Shown here piece after piece: positions 28,098 to 38,344 of a DNA stretch of 64,000 bases. Origin of the DNA: a virus (taxonomy: Duplodnaviria > Heunggongvirae > Uroviricota > Caudoviricetes). Below the pieces are notes generated by a model. It had not been told where the DNA came from, did not search any database, and worked only from the letters and a program-made list of their open reading frames with translations. Numbering within the stretch: the stretch's first letter is position 1; each line of letters begins with the position of its first letter. Location: the IMG/VR virus record IMGVR_UViG_2778261505_000002; one strand, given 5' to 3'. A program made the position numbers and the translations under genes.

Positions 28098-28487
28098 ATG
28101 CTTTTAATTCAACCTGGGTTCGGTTTAAAGATAAAAAAAGGACATATGTTCGGTTTCAAAGAATCGAAACGAAAAATTCTGTCCATTAGATTGCCGTTTA
28201 TCACCATTCATTGGTTAAACAGAGAGTCAACCGATTATTGGTATAAATGTGCTCTGGCCGCATTTAACGACCCTGACTGGTTTATAGAAAACCACCATGC
28301 TGTTCGTCAGGCAAAGAGAAAAGCTAATACGACATACATGAAGGCGTATCGGAAGGCATGGAAAGAACACCGCGATCGATACCAAAAAGACATGGAGAAA
28401 CTTGAATTGGAAAATATGGATCTAAGAAGGAAGCTCGGTGAAGCACGGCGAGATATTGAAGCATATAAACGTCTTGTATCGGAGTGA
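28098..28487 (+). CDS. Hypothetical protein
   Basis: 129-aa ORF with GAGG RBS; basic coiled-coil C-terminus. Confidence 0.45.
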   Translation: MLLIQPGFGLKIKKGHMFGFKESKRKILSIRLPFITIHWLNRESTDYWYKCALAAFNDPDWFIENHHAVRQAKRKANTTYMKAYRKAWKEHRDRYQKDMEKLELENMDLRRKLGEARRDIEAYKRLVSE

Positions 28488-28489
28488 AT

Positions 28490-28624
28490 ATGACTTTACA
28501 TTGTTTTTTCAAAGGGCATTGCTTTTCACTATACAGAAACAGAAATAATAATGGGGCATTCTACATATGTAGTAAATGTGGGAGGACAAAATATCTTCCA
28601 GATGTCAAATTTGAAGGTCCTTGA
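28490..28624 (+). CDS. Small zinc-ribbon-like protein (44 aa, not in ORF track)
   Basis: HCFFKGHC...YICSKCG Cys pattern; ATG follows previous stop by 2 nt. Confidence 0.3.
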   Translation: MTLHCFFKGHCFSLYRNRNNNGAFYICSKCGRTKYLPDVKFEGP

Positions 28625-28650
28625 ATGTTTGCATTAAATGGGCAATACAG

Positions 28651-29067
28651 ATGATCACAACAGACTTTTCTAAATTAAGTGATTTTGAAATTAACAGACG
28701 AGTATGTGAGGCTTTAGATATGGAGGAGTATTTCTTCATACCTGATGACGAAGCAGATTTCGATTCGGAGATCCCCACTGACGAAAGAGGTCCTGTTTGG
28801 CAGACGTCAAAAAGGGATATTAATGGCTTCCGTGCTTCAAACGGAAATTGCTTCAATCCTTGCAACAACCCGGCGGACGCAAAGCCCATTATCGTAGAGA
28901 ACAGAATTGGCATTATTCCTGCGCCAGAAAATGGATTATGGAAGGCAGCGCATAGAAAGATTGGTAACGATAATACTCCATACCATATGACTCAAAATGT
29001 AAATCCACTCCGCGCCGCCATGATTGTCTTTCTGATGATGAAAGAAAGTGAGAGTTGTACCGATTAA
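28651..29067 (+). CDS. Hypothetical protein
   Basis: Track ORF 28621..29067 starts at TTG; first ATG at 28651. Confidence 0.45.
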   Translation: MITTDFSKLSDFEINRRVCEALDMEEYFFIPDDEADFDSEIPTDERGPVWQTSKRDINGFRASNGNCFNPCNNPADAKPIIVENRIGIIPAPENGLWKAAHRKIGNDNTPYHMTQNVNPLRAAMIVFLMMKESESCTD

Positions 29068-29366
29068 TGAATATATACGATTTTTTTAAAAAACCTAACA
29101 CATGTGTCAGAAAAGGGTATAAACCGTCAGTCATCGATTGCTGGTCGCTATCAGCAAATAATCTCAACAATGTATTCAAAATGCATTGGGAGTTTCTTTG
29201 TGAAGCGCGCGGCGTTCTCGACATGACAGTCAGAGAAGCAATTATCTGGATTCTTTGGTTTCCGGTAAGAACATTTATGACTCTGACGTACCCATTTACC
29301 TTCTGGATTTGGGGAACCGTCCTTTATTTCATATTAAAAGGAGAAGTAAAACATGGCAGCAATTAA
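29067..29366 (+). CDS. Hypothetical membrane protein
   Basis: Track ORF 29055..29366 (TTG); ATG at 29067 overlaps previous stop; hydrophobic Trp/Phe-rich C-terminus. Confidence 0.4.
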   Translation: MNIYDFFKKPNTCVRKGYKPSVIDCWSLSANNLNNVFKMHWEFLCEARGVLDMTVREAIIWILWFPVRTFMTLTYPFTFWIWGTVLYFILKGEVKHGSN

Positions 29367-29778
29367 GAAACTCTACGATGCCGCAAACGCGGCTCTGGAT
29401 GTTATTGATGATGAAGTATCAAAAGGCTTTCCTGAACCTGATTGGGCGCATCAGCTACGAAACGCTATCGCCGAAATGAATCCACCAGATCCGACCACCG
29501 ACGAGACAGACTGGCAGCGATTTATCCGTATGTACGCTCAGGAAATAGGTCCAACGCCAACGGCAGAGCAAGCAATGCTGCTGAAATACTTCAAAGAGGC
29601 GGGAGAGGATTTACCAATTGATGACTCAGCATATTGGTTCCACTGCGCATGGCGTAAGTATGACGTGATATTCACACAAGGCATGGGAAGCAAAGATATG
29701 GTTGTGTGGCATCTACTCCATATAGACACAGCCGTTGACAGAGTTATTGAACAGTTTTTCCCTAACCAAGAAGATTGA
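29353..29778 (+). CDS. Hypothetical protein
   Basis: 141-aa ORF with AAGGAGAAG RBS. Confidence 0.45.
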   Translation: MAAIKKLYDAANAALDVIDDEVSKGFPEPDWAHQLRNAIAEMNPPDPTTDETDWQRFIRMYAQEIGPTPTAEQAMLLKYFKEAGEDLPIDDSAYWFHCAWRKYDVIFTQGMGSKDMVVWHLLHIDTAVDRVIEQFFPNQED

Positions 29779-29833
29779 TCGCCTATTCATAACTAACAAA
29801 ATAAGTAAACACTAACCACAAAAGGAAAAACAC

Positions 29834-30109
29834 ATGAGAGTTTTAGTTCGAATCGTTACCAGCACTGTCTATGACGTGTTTCCGCTTTTTATGGTCAAAG
29901 TCGATGGCCTTAACGATGAAGAAACTGACGCGCTGATCCAGCGTACTCTTGTTGAATATACAGGTCATGACGCTGATTCAGTGATGGTTGATGATGATGG
30001 TGTTTGTTGGCATAACGGCAACTGTTGGTACGTAGAAGAGACTCAACAAATCAGTAATGAAGATGCTGAACATCTTGAGCGTATTTTAAGCATCAGCACT
30101 TTTGAGTGA
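29834..30109 (+). CDS. Hypothetical protein
   Basis: 91-aa ORF with AAAGGAAAAACACATG start context. Confidence 0.45.
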   Translation: MRVLVRIVTSTVYDVFPLFMVKVDGLNDEETDALIQRTLVEYTGHDADSVMVDDDGVCWHNGNCWYVEETQQISNEDAEHLERILSISTFE

Positions 30110-30148
30110 GTTTACAGTAAAGTTTATATAAGTTAGTATCTACCTATC

Positions 30149-30328
30149 ATGAAGATTTTTATTGAATACTTGTTACTCATCGTTTCAATAGCTTTTGTCA
30201 TCGACTGCATTTTCACTGGTGTCATTCGTAAAGTCTTTTCCCCGGTGCACGACGTAGTCATAAACGCTTTGGCTATCGTGCTCGTATTTAATTCAGCATT
30301 TGATGTAATCAAAGAGGTGGCAGCATGA
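30149..30328 (+). CDS. Small membrane protein (59 aa, not in ORF track; weak)
   Basis: Hydrophobic ORF MKIFIEYLLLIVSIAFVIDCIF; no clear RBS; start abuts a palindromic-motif copy. Confidence 0.3.
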   Translation: MKIFIEYLLLIVSIAFVIDCIFTGVIRKVFSPVHDVVINALAIVLVFNSAFDVIKEVAA

Positions 30329-30660
30329 AGACCATCCCATTCGCGCTGTTGTTTCTTTCTTCGATCGTTGTGGCCGACACCACTGTTTATCAGTGTGAAA
30401 TGTCTGTAGCCGACGTTAAGAATGGCACTCTTACCGACGTCATAAAAGCACCATATGGAGCGATGGTCGTAGACAGCGGCGACCAGTTCTATGTTGTGCG
30501 TGACGATCGAGTGTTGTCATCCCCATATCTCACAAATCGTAATGGCAAATTAACCGGCGTCGGAGAAGACCACTTCGTATACAACAAATACAAGGGCTTC
30601 TATGGCGTTCACGCTTCTCAGCAAAGCTACCTTTTCGATGACTGCAAGGAGGTTGGGTAA
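30325..30660 (+). CDS. Secreted/periplasmic hypothetical protein
   Basis: 111 aa; N-terminal signal-peptide-like MKTIPFALLFLSSIVVA. Confidence 0.45.
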   Translation: MKTIPFALLFLSSIVVADTTVYQCEMSVADVKNGTLTDVIKAPYGAMVVDSGDQFYVVRDDRVLSSPYLTNRNGKLTGVGEDHFVYNKYKGFYGVHASQQSYLFDDCKEVG

Positions 30661-30872
30661 TGGCATTAACACTGGCAGGTCTGGAAATCGAGAAAACAAG
30701 CGGCTACTGGCGTGCTAAGGGTTTCAAGCAGCCTGGCATTCTTGAGCGTCTGGAACGTGAAGATGGGTATATCGTCCACCAGCGGCGTGAATGGCGTATG
30801 TACGATCCAGAAACAGGAAAACTGACTACAAAAGCCGGAACACTTTGGGGTCTGTTAAAGAAAATACACTAA
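30660..30872 (+). CDS. Hypothetical protein
   Basis: 70-aa ORF, start overlaps previous stop. Confidence 0.4.
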   Translation: MALTLAGLEIEKTSGYWRAKGFKQPGILERLEREDGYIVHQRREWRMYDPETGKLTTKAGTLWGLLKKIH

Positions 30873-30918
30873 ATGCAAACTGACTGCGGAACGTGCCGCA
30901 GTCATATTTCATAGTCGT

Positions 30919-31452
30919 CACCGCTGACAGCATACACAATCAACTACCGCTGATAGCATATCGAGAGTCTATCTCACCGCTCACAGCATACATTACTCGA
31001 TTTTTTACCGCTGACAGCATACTTAAGAAATTGCATGAATAATGTGTCCCGGTATGGGTATAACCAGAACAAAATTACCGCTGGCAGCATACGAATGTCT
31101 GACATATACCATTAATTACCGCTGATAGCATATCCAAACAAAAATTCCTCAATAAAACACCGCTGACAGCATACATTCTATCAGAGAGTAGCAGGCAATA
31201 AATGCCTTTCACTACAAGCAATCAGCGCAATAGCAATAGAATGTTAGTGAGCGCAAACCTATATGGAATGCACTCTTCGAGGTTAGTAACCACTGGGGAG
31301 GTATGACAGAGCATTGAGTGGTGATAGATGATTTACCGCTCACAGCATACGTTCATCTCACTATACCGCTGGTAGCATATCTTTAACCGTTCACAGCATA
31401 CTTTTCAGAAAAATAGCCGCTGATAGCATACATTTCACCGCTGACAGCATAT
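30919..31452. repeat. Iteron array (about 12 copies of ~17-bp repeat ACCGCTGACAGCATAC) downstream of repA
   Basis: Copies counted by eye with minor variants (CTGATAGCATAT, CTCACAGCATAC, CTGGCAGCATAC); irregular spacing with a ~150-bp gap between copies 7 and 8. Confidence 0.8.
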
Positions 31453-32546
31453 CAAAGCAGTTTGAGACTATTGGAAAGGATCTCAATCATCTTGATATTT
31501 TCAGGCGTCAAATTCTGCGAAAGTTCGGTTATCTTGTTGATAATGTTCTGTTTGGCATCAATTTCCCCAGCTTTCTCATCTGGTTTTTTGGGTTCGATGT
31601 CTTCAGGTTTTGGCGGTGCGACTTTGAGTTTTGGATTGCGGCTGTGAATCTGGATATAGATCGACCGCCCACGCTTAATCTCGCTGTATTCGAGATAGCC
31701 CAAATCTTGGAGAGCTTTTAAGCCGTTACGTATAGTCTGATTCTGCGAGCTGACATTCCTGCTACTCAAATTGAGTCGCGCACGCAATCGAGCAAGCGAT
31801 ACCGGCGCAGGCTTGGTTGGAAGACTTTCGATGAAGGTGTACAGAGCCTGTGCTGTTTCTTTGCGTGGTAGCTTATTGATAACCTTTAACTGCAAAAGAA
31901 CCTTATGGTCAAAGCGATATAGTTCGGCCAGCTTCGGTTCTGCATAGAACACCACCGTATCTTTCTGCTCGTTGTAGTCCACGCTATTGATGAGGTGCAC
32001 CATCAGAAGCGAGATCTTGTTAGAGCCGTCGACGTTCTTTTCTTCATACGTTCTCTGGAAAGACAGAGTTGTACGCATGATCTTCAAAAGACTGTTTGTA
32101 AGCCGGTCGCGGAGTGTTTTGCGGATCTGTGACGATGGATAGCCACAAAACTTAGCAAATTTCGTGATACTTAACTCGACACGACCGTTAGGTTCGCCGT
32201 ATTCTGCCAGCGAACGCACAACGCCCACCCACGTTTTGAAATCATGATCCATGTCGAGACGAGGACCGGTTATCTTGATATCGGAATAGCCTTCAGAACG
32301 GGCTACTTCGAGCTGGACAAGCTCCTTTGAAGCATCGATCTCATTTGGCTTGTTACGTTTACTGTATTTTGTTCCCTTAAGCGTGGGGACGAACAACCCC
32401 AGTCGCATCAACGCAATTGGTTGGACTGTATTGTTGCTATTAGGGACAAGTTCCCCTGTGTACAATTCAAGGGAACCTTCTTCAAAGTTGTCGATGTTAT
32501 CTTCTACTTCTTTGTTATTTTTACCTTTTTTATTTTTTGTGGACAT
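31452..32546 (-). CDS. repA: Iteron-binding replication initiator RepA
   Basis: 364 aa from Met at 32546 (track ORF extends into the upstream iterons); NSNNTVQPIALMRLGLFVP and IKITGPRLDMDHDFKTW segments match what I recall of P1/RepFIB-type RepA; flanked by iteron arrays. Confidence 0.8.
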   Translation of the reverse strand: MSTKNKKGKNNKEVEDNIDNFEEGSLELYTGELVPNSNNTVQPIALMRLGLFVPTLKGTKYSKRNKPNEIDASKELVQLEVARSEGYSDIKITGPRLDMDHDFKTWVGVVRSLAEYGEPNGRVELSITKFAKFCGYPSSQIRKTLRDRLTNSLLKIMRTTLSFQRTYEEKNVDGSNKISLLMVHLINSVDYNEQKDTVVFYAEPKLAELYRFDHKVLLQLKVINKLPRKETAQALYTFIESLPTKPAPVSLARLRARLNLSSRNVSSQNQTIRNGLKALQDLGYLEYSEIKRGRSIYIQIHSRNPKLKVAPPKPEDIEPKKPDEKAGEIDAKQNIINKITELSQNLTPENIKMIEILSNSLKLL

Positions 32547-32565
32547 GTGGACACCTTTGTCATTC

Positions 32566-32668
32566 AACCGCTGACAGCATACTTGATTTGCCGCTGACAG
32601 AATACCAAAAACAGTTGGCAGCATACGGTGAACCGCTGACAGACTATCAATTACCGCTGACAGCATAC
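32566..32668. repeat. Origin-side iterons (5 copies) upstream of repA
   Basis: Same CCGCTGACAGCATAC repeat family, five copies within ~100 bp immediately 5' of repA. Confidence 0.75.
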
Positions 32669-32708
32669 ATGAACATGACTTCAGACCAGTCGTGGCGCGG
32701 CTTACAGC

Positions 32709-32781
32709 GATCGGGGATCTTATTTGATCTATATAAGGATCTATCTATGGATCTCTTTATTAGGATCTATCCTGTGGATAT
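32709..32781. other. Candidate replication origin: GATC cluster plus DnaA-box-like site
   Basis: Six GATC sites within 59 bp (32709-32767) and TGTGGATAT at 32773-32781 (8/9 to DnaA box), adjacent to origin-side iterons. Confidence 0.5.
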
Positions 32782-32867
32782 GTGAATAATTAAAACAGGC
32801 ATTTACTACCTTCGGCGCACCTGGTGGGTTATCGTTGCCTCGGCTAACAATCACAGAAAAATGACAT

Positions 32868-33512
32868 ATGGATCTAAAACGCACGCGCTGGGTTCGTCGT
32901 CTTGAAGACGGCTCCTACACTATCGAATCAAATTCCAACCTGAATAAGCAGAAGTTGCTTTGTGACATCTGCGGTATAGCGGCGAAGTGCCCGATCTACG
33001 AAACCAGAATTAAACTTGATAAGGCTGGTGTGAATTTTCATTTAAACAGTTGCATCAGGTACGTTCCATTACTCGCATTTCGTAAACCGATCATCGGATT
33101 GGATGCCCCCTACTTCAACACACTCCGTTCAGGTGTGACGTGGCGAGATCGTTTATCACCAGACAAGCTGATTTGCCTCGTATCCGCAGACACAGGGAAA
33201 ATCATCCGTTTTGGGAAAGTAGACAAGGTTTACTCAGGCCCAGTAGACGAAATGTTGCGGAAACACAGCCGGTTTAATCATCTCTGTATGGGTGGTGAGA
33301 AAATCGAGAAGGTAGAAGAAGTGATCCGCAAATCCTACGGACACTTTCTGACCAAAGATAGCCTGCTCACCGCAATCTACATCAGACATGTAAAACGTGA
33401 GTTCGACCTCGAATACCACAGCGAAGAAGAGCTTAACCTTGTTGACCCACGTCCAAAAGCTGGCGTCATAAGCATAAACGCAGCGCGTAAAAAGCCCACT
33501 GACGCGCTGTAA
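32868..33512 (+). CDS. Hypothetical protein
   Basis: 214-aa ORF; Cys pairs near N-terminus (CDICGIAAKCP). Confidence 0.45.
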   Translation: MDLKRTRWVRRLEDGSYTIESNSNLNKQKLLCDICGIAAKCPIYETRIKLDKAGVNFHLNSCIRYVPLLAFRKPIIGLDAPYFNTLRSGVTWRDRLSPDKLICLVSADTGKIIRFGKVDKVYSGPVDEMLRKHSRFNHLCMGGEKIEKVEEVIRKSYGHFLTKDSLLTAIYIRHVKREFDLEYHSEEELNLVDPRPKAGVISINAARKKPTDAL

Positions 33513-33766
33513 CCCTCCAGATCGTATATTGGCGTAGATAGAATCTACGCCTCCTCAAAATAGCTCTCATAGCGTTCTACAGTGATCCTGTCTTATTTTT
33601 AGTCATACAGACAAGCAAAGTTGCGCCACAATAAATAGGTATATACTTACTTATAAATTTTGTATATTAAGACGCTCGTTTCATTCCTAACATACCGTTA
33701 TGCATAGTTGTTTACCTTCTCATTGCTCTTAAAATTTGTATCAAAATAACCACAAAGGAAAAACAC

Positions 33767-34852
33767 ATGACTTTGCCATACGGCGTCATTTCTGACTGCC
33801 ACTACCACAAATGGGATGCGTTCTCCACGACGAACGCAGAGGGGCTTAACTCCAGACTTGAAATACAGTTGGAAGCAACGAAAGAAGCAGCCATCGCCAT
33901 GAAGAAGGCCGGTTGTAAGTACATGTTGGTTGCCGGTGATACATTTCACGTCCGAGGAACTGTGTCCCCTTCTGTTTTGCATTACGTAACTGAAACGTAC
34001 AAGTGGATTATCAACGAGCTTGATCTGACAGTAGTAATGCTGGCCGGTAATCACGATCTTGAAACCAACGATTCAGTATATAGCGCCAACGCAGCAGCAT
34101 CGCTGAGTTCTATCGGCGTGGTAATCGTATGTGGCAAACGCCCACACTCAATAAAAATTGGTGATGTGACTGTCCACCTGATTAGCTGGCGTAACAATCA
34201 TGCGGAGCTTATCAGCGATCTGAAAGCATTACGTAAGAGCGTAGAAGGTGATAATCATGACGTTGTTATCCATACATCCATTAACAAAGCCATTCCAACA
34301 ATGCCTGACGTCGGTATCGATGCGCAGGAGTTAAAGGATATCGGCTTTCGTCTCGTGCTTAGTGGGCATTACCACAACCACAAAGAGGTCATTCCTGGAG
34401 TTATCAGTGTCGGTGCGCTGACCCATCAAAATTGGGGAGATGTTGGATCTCTGGCTGGTTACATGATCGTAAACCCGGACGGCAGTTTCAGTCACTACGA
34501 AACCAGTGCGCCTAAATTCATTAACCTGGAAGATTATGTTGCCGATGACCAAATTCGCGGCAACTACGTGCGTTTCCGCGCCGTAATTGAGAACGATGAA
34601 GAAGGCATTAAGTACCAGAACATCCTCAAAACAATGGGTGCAAAAGGTGTCGTGTGCAACTTCATCCGTAAGTCATCAATGATGGAAGGGACAGCAAGCA
34701 CAACGGAAACCAGCAAAATCGATAGCCTGGGAGAGTCGGTATCTGCTTATTGCAAGATTGTCCACGATACTGACGGCGGATTTGATCTGAGCAAGTTGGA
34801 TATTTTGTGTCAGGAAATCCTCACCGAAGCGGAGAGTTCGGAGGCTGTGTGA
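33767..34852 (+). CDS. SbcD/Mre11-family nuclease (calcineurin-like phosphoesterase)
   Basis: 361 aa; phosphoesterase motifs ISDCHYH, VAGDTFH, LAGNHD, LSGHYH. Confidence 0.8.
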   Translation: MTLPYGVISDCHYHKWDAFSTTNAEGLNSRLEIQLEATKEAAIAMKKAGCKYMLVAGDTFHVRGTVSPSVLHYVTETYKWIINELDLTVVMLAGNHDLETNDSVYSANAAASLSSIGVVIVCGKRPHSIKIGDVTVHLISWRNNHAELISDLKALRKSVEGDNHDVVIHTSINKAIPTMPDVGIDAQELKDIGFRLVLSGHYHNHKEVIPGVISVGALTHQNWGDVGSLAGYMIVNPDGSFSHYETSAPKFINLEDYVADDQIRGNYVRFRAVIENDEEGIKYQNILKTMGAKGVVCNFIRKSSMMEGTASTTETSKIDSLGESVSAYCKIVHDTDGGFDLSKLDILCQEILTEAESSEAV

Positions 34853-34893
34853 GGCAAAGTCGTTATGGGAGCTTTCGAGACTTTGCCATCACG

Positions 34894-35085
34894 ATGAAAA
34901 GACTTGAACGAGGCCAGACGGTGATGTTTCACAAGCCCTACCCGCCACAAGGAAATCCCGTAGCGTTTTATCTTGGAAGGTTAACCAGAAAAGGCGTATT
35001 GAGGCGCAGATCCTTCCCGGCGCATACGGAGTTCAGATTGAAAGAAGGTCAAAAGCTAACACACGGTATCAAAGGTGTTATATGA
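34894..35085 (+). CDS. Small basic hypothetical protein (weak)
   Basis: 63-aa segment of track ORF 34807..35085 from first ATG; sits between sbcD-like and sbcC-like genes. Confidence 0.25.
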   Translation: MKRLERGQTVMFHKPYPPQGNPVAFYLGRLTRKGVLRRRSFPAHTEFRLKEGQKLTHGIKGVI

Positions 35086-36998
35086 AGTTTTTAAAGCTCC
35101 AGGTTGAGAATTTTATGGCTATCGCCAGCGCGGAGGTCGAGTTAGATCAGCGTGGTTTAGTGCTCATTCAGGGTGTTAATAGTGATGATAGTTCCGCATC
35201 AAGTAATGGCTCTGGAAAGTCAACGCTAATGAATAGCCTGATGTGGTGTCTTTATGGCGAAACAGCTCATGGTGTGAAGGGTGACGATGTGTTGTCTACC
35301 GACCATGAAAAGAACTGTCGTGTTGCAGTAACCATCGAGGATGAAGGCAAGAGATATGCGATCATTCGTCACCGTAAACACAAAGAGTTCAAAAATCGGC
35401 TTATCGTTCGTGGTGAAGACGGCGATATGACGAAAGGCAAAGATGCGCTGACGCAAGAGTTCGTCGAGCGTCTGATCGGTGCATCTAAAGAGGTTTTCAT
35501 GGCTTCCATCTATGCGAGCCAAGAAGCTATGCCAGATTTACCTGGAATGTCCGACAAAAACCTCAAAACCATCGTAGAAGAAGCCGCTGGCGTTGACAGA
35601 CTGACACGCGCCTACGCTATTGCTCGTGAGCGAGCTAATGCAGCTGCCGCACGTATGGATGTGGTTAAAACCAAATTGGAGTCGACAATCTCGACCATTG
35701 AGGCAACACAGTCAGAAATTGAGTCAGCGAAAGCCTCCTCTGAATCATGGGAGCAAGAGCGTTCTAAACGTTATGACGATGCCCTGGCTGGGCTGGCCAG
35801 TGCCGAAGTTGAGTTAACGGAAGTTGAACTTGAGATCCGCACTCTTCCCGAACAGATCCGTGATACCGAGAAGGCAATCGAAAGTGAGCGCAAAAAGTTA
35901 GCCTCAAAAGAAGAACATGACGCCAAGTTGCTCAAAGTTCGTGGTGCGATAACTGATATTCGGGCAAGCATCAAAGCTACAGAAAATAGTCAGGCTGATG
36001 CAATGAGCCGCGCGCGTAATTTTAAGACCAAAGCAGAAGAGGTTGGTACTAAAGTGGGATCACCATGCCCTACTTGTGGCAAAGCCTACTGCGAAGAAGA
36101 TCTATCAACGGTGAAGGAGAATTTCATTGAACAAGCACGTCAGGAAATTGGTCAGGCGAAGACACTTGCAGAGGCAATGGCTAAACACAAAACGAATCTT
36201 GAGAAAGCGTTAAGCATTGAGTCTGCCCTTGTTAAAACGACACCTGATGTAACGGCTATCATTGCCCGGATTGAAGAGCTTACGAAACAACTCTCATCTT
36301 TGCGTCATCGTGAGAAGGAGGTTGTTGCTATTGAGTCTCTTGTGACTCGTGCTCGTACTGAGGTCGATCGTATATCAAAAGAGATTAATCCGTTTATTGC
36401 TCTTATCGCCAGACACGAAGATAACCTGGTATCCAGTAAGTCTACCTTCAAGTCCTTAAAAGATGAGTTGAAGGCTATTCAGGAACAAACGTTGCTATTG
36501 GAAAAAGCTCGTCAGGTCTACTCTCCTGCCGGGGTGCGTTCTCATATTTTGACGTCTGTTACGCCTTTCCTGAATACACGCACTGCCGAGTACCTCAATA
36601 CGTTGTCTGACGGGAATATTACTGCTGAGTGGTCGACGATGGATGTCACCAAAAAAGGTGAGTATCGCGACAAATTCAACATTAGTGTGCAGAAGAAAGG
36701 TTCAAGTAAGTCGTTCCAGACCCTCTCTGGTGGTGAGAAGCGGAAGGTTCGCATTGCGTGTTCTTTGGCATTGCAGGATCTGGTTAGTAACCGGGCGAGT
36801 AAAAACATCGATTTGTTTATCGGCGACGAAATTGACGATGCACTCGATACAGCCGGTCTTGAACGCCTCATGGGTATTCTGGAGTCCAAAGCTCGCGAGC
36901 GAGGTACTGTGCTGATTATCTCCCATAAAGAGATGAAGTCATGGTTCCGGGAAACTATTACGCTGGAAGTTAAAGAGGGGCGCAGCTATGTCGTTTAA
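35082..36998 (+). CDS. SbcC/Rad50-family ATPase
   Basis: 638 aa; Walker A GSGKST, central coiled coil with zinc-hook CPTCG, signature LSGGEKRKV, Walker B LFIGDEIDDALD. Confidence 0.8.
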   Translation: MKFLKLQVENFMAIASAEVELDQRGLVLIQGVNSDDSSASSNGSGKSTLMNSLMWCLYGETAHGVKGDDVLSTDHEKNCRVAVTIEDEGKRYAIIRHRKHKEFKNRLIVRGEDGDMTKGKDALTQEFVERLIGASKEVFMASIYASQEAMPDLPGMSDKNLKTIVEEAAGVDRLTRAYAIARERANAAAARMDVVKTKLESTISTIEATQSEIESAKASSESWEQERSKRYDDALAGLASAEVELTEVELEIRTLPEQIRDTEKAIESERKKLASKEEHDAKLLKVRGAITDIRASIKATENSQADAMSRARNFKTKAEEVGTKVGSPCPTCGKAYCEEDLSTVKENFIEQARQEIGQAKTLAEAMAKHKTNLEKALSIESALVKTTPDVTAIIARIEELTKQLSSLRHREKEVVAIESLVTRARTEVDRISKEINPFIALIARHEDNLVSSKSTFKSLKDELKAIQEQTLLLEKARQVYSPAGVRSHILTSVTPFLNTRTAEYLNTLSDGNITAEWSTMDVTKKGEYRDKFNISVQKKGSSKSFQTLSGGEKRKVRIACSLALQDLVSNRASKNIDLFIGDEIDDALDTAGLERLMGILESKARERGTVLIISHKEMKSWFRETITLEVKEGRSYVV

Positions 36999-37731
36999 AT
37001 TAAGCCGCTCGCAGTTTTTGCAGGTATTTGCAGTGATGCAGTCGATAAAACTGATCAATGGGCATACTTCCAATGGTGCGGCTCCACGTATTCTGTGGGG
37101 CAGCAACAATATTGACGGAGTACAATTTGCCGCGTTGCTTGGTCTAATATCCGAGACGCCATTGATGCAAAGTTTGAAATCACTACCACCTGGATGTATT
37201 GCGCCGATCCTGATTAATCCTTTTGTTGAGGGGGGATATCTTCCCAACGTCGGGCCTGGGTTTATTGCATCCCATGAAAATGAAGATCTTAACATTAATA
37301 GCGAAGGGTTCTTTGGGGGAATGGGTGCGCATCACTGTATGGCTTTCACGAACCTTATTCGACTTGCCAATAAGCGGGTGGATAGTTTGGCATCGCCAGG
37401 TGATGCTTTTACTGGTTTCCTTATCCAAAGGAGGGATAAAAAGTACAGTGCGGACAAACTACAGTTTGTTGGTAAGTATGGAGAAATGGTAGAAATCGAA
37501 CTTCAGCTCCCGCATGTTTTAGCAAACGATAGTGCAGACAGTCGGAGGCTGTTGGGCATCATGCGTCATTTCATAGCAAGTGGCGTTAAACATGCCGTAG
37601 ATAAACGTGTCACGCAGGAAAATGAGTATTCAGACTTTGCAAACTCTCCCCAACCAACGTTGCAAACGGCAATAGTAACCAATTCGTTGGAGGCGAGATT
37701 ATTGGAAAACCCTATATGGGGAACATGGTAA
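36988..37731 (+). CDS. Hypothetical protein
   Basis: 247-aa ORF overlapping sbcC-like stop; no recognisable motif. Confidence 0.45.
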   Translation: MSFKLSRSQFLQVFAVMQSIKLINGHTSNGAAPRILWGSNNIDGVQFAALLGLISETPLMQSLKSLPPGCIAPILINPFVEGGYLPNVGPGFIASHENEDLNINSEGFFGGMGAHHCMAFTNLIRLANKRVDSLASPGDAFTGFLIQRRDKKYSADKLQFVGKYGEMVEIELQLPHVLANDSADSRRLLGIMRHFIASGVKHAVDKRVTQENEYSDFANSPQPTLQTAIVTNSLEARLLENPIWGTW

Positions 37732-37740
37732 GGAGACTAT

Positions 37741-38310
37741 ATGAGTAAAAAAATCAGCGTAGTTGGTGTTGATCCCTCAATGAGCAACTTTGGGCTTGCT
37801 GTGGGCACTTTAGACCTTGAGACGGACGAACTTGAGATTCACGGCCTTACTCTTGTTGAGACTAAAGCGGGGAGTAACAAAAAGACCGTTCGTGTGAACA
37901 GTGACGATCTGCGCCGAGCCAGTGAAATATGGCGTGTTGCGAAGCCAATCATTGATAAGGCAAATATGGTTTTTTGTGAGCTACCGGTTGGGAGCCAAAG
38001 CTCTCGTTCGCAGACGTCTTACGGTATTTGTATCGGTGTACTTGCGTGTGTGGATAAGCCATTGATCCAGGTTACTCCAAACGAAATTAAGCATTTTGTC
38101 GGCAATAAACTTACTACATCGAAAGAAGAGATTATCCAGTGGGCTACGAAAAAACACCCTAAAGCACCGTGGCTGCGTCGTAAGCAATCTGGACAGGATG
38201 TTCTCGTGAACAAAAACGAACATTTGGCTGATGCGGTGGCTGCCATCCATACCGGTATGCAAACAGATCAGTTCCGCCAGGTGCGCGATGTTCTTAAGTC
38301 TCTCATTTGA
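37741..38310 (+). CDS. RuvC-like Holliday junction resolvase
   Basis: 189 aa; VVGVDPSMSNFGLAV, FCELP and HLADAVAAIH correspond to RuvC catalytic segments. Confidence 0.65.
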   Translation: MSKKISVVGVDPSMSNFGLAVGTLDLETDELEIHGLTLVETKAGSNKKTVRVNSDDLRRASEIWRVAKPIIDKANMVFCELPVGSQSSRSQTSYGICIGVLACVDKPLIQVTPNEIKHFVGNKLTTSKEEIIQWATKKHPKAPWLRRKQSGQDVLVNKNEHLADAVAAIHTGMQTDQFRQVRDVLKSLI

Positions 38311-38344
38311 TTTCATTGATAGGTAAGTACTTATCTATTAACAT

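Noticed and set aside
30919-31452. Repeat array that could be mistaken for a CRISPR array
   Set aside because: Repeats are only ~17 bp, spacing is irregular, there are no cas genes, and the array flanks a repA gene with a matching 5-copy set on the other side; iterons explain it.
32537-32785. Track ORF 32537..32785 (+) and the N-terminal 40 codons of the repA track ORF
   Set aside because: Both are translations of the origin iterons and GATC cluster; repA start reassigned to Met at 32546.
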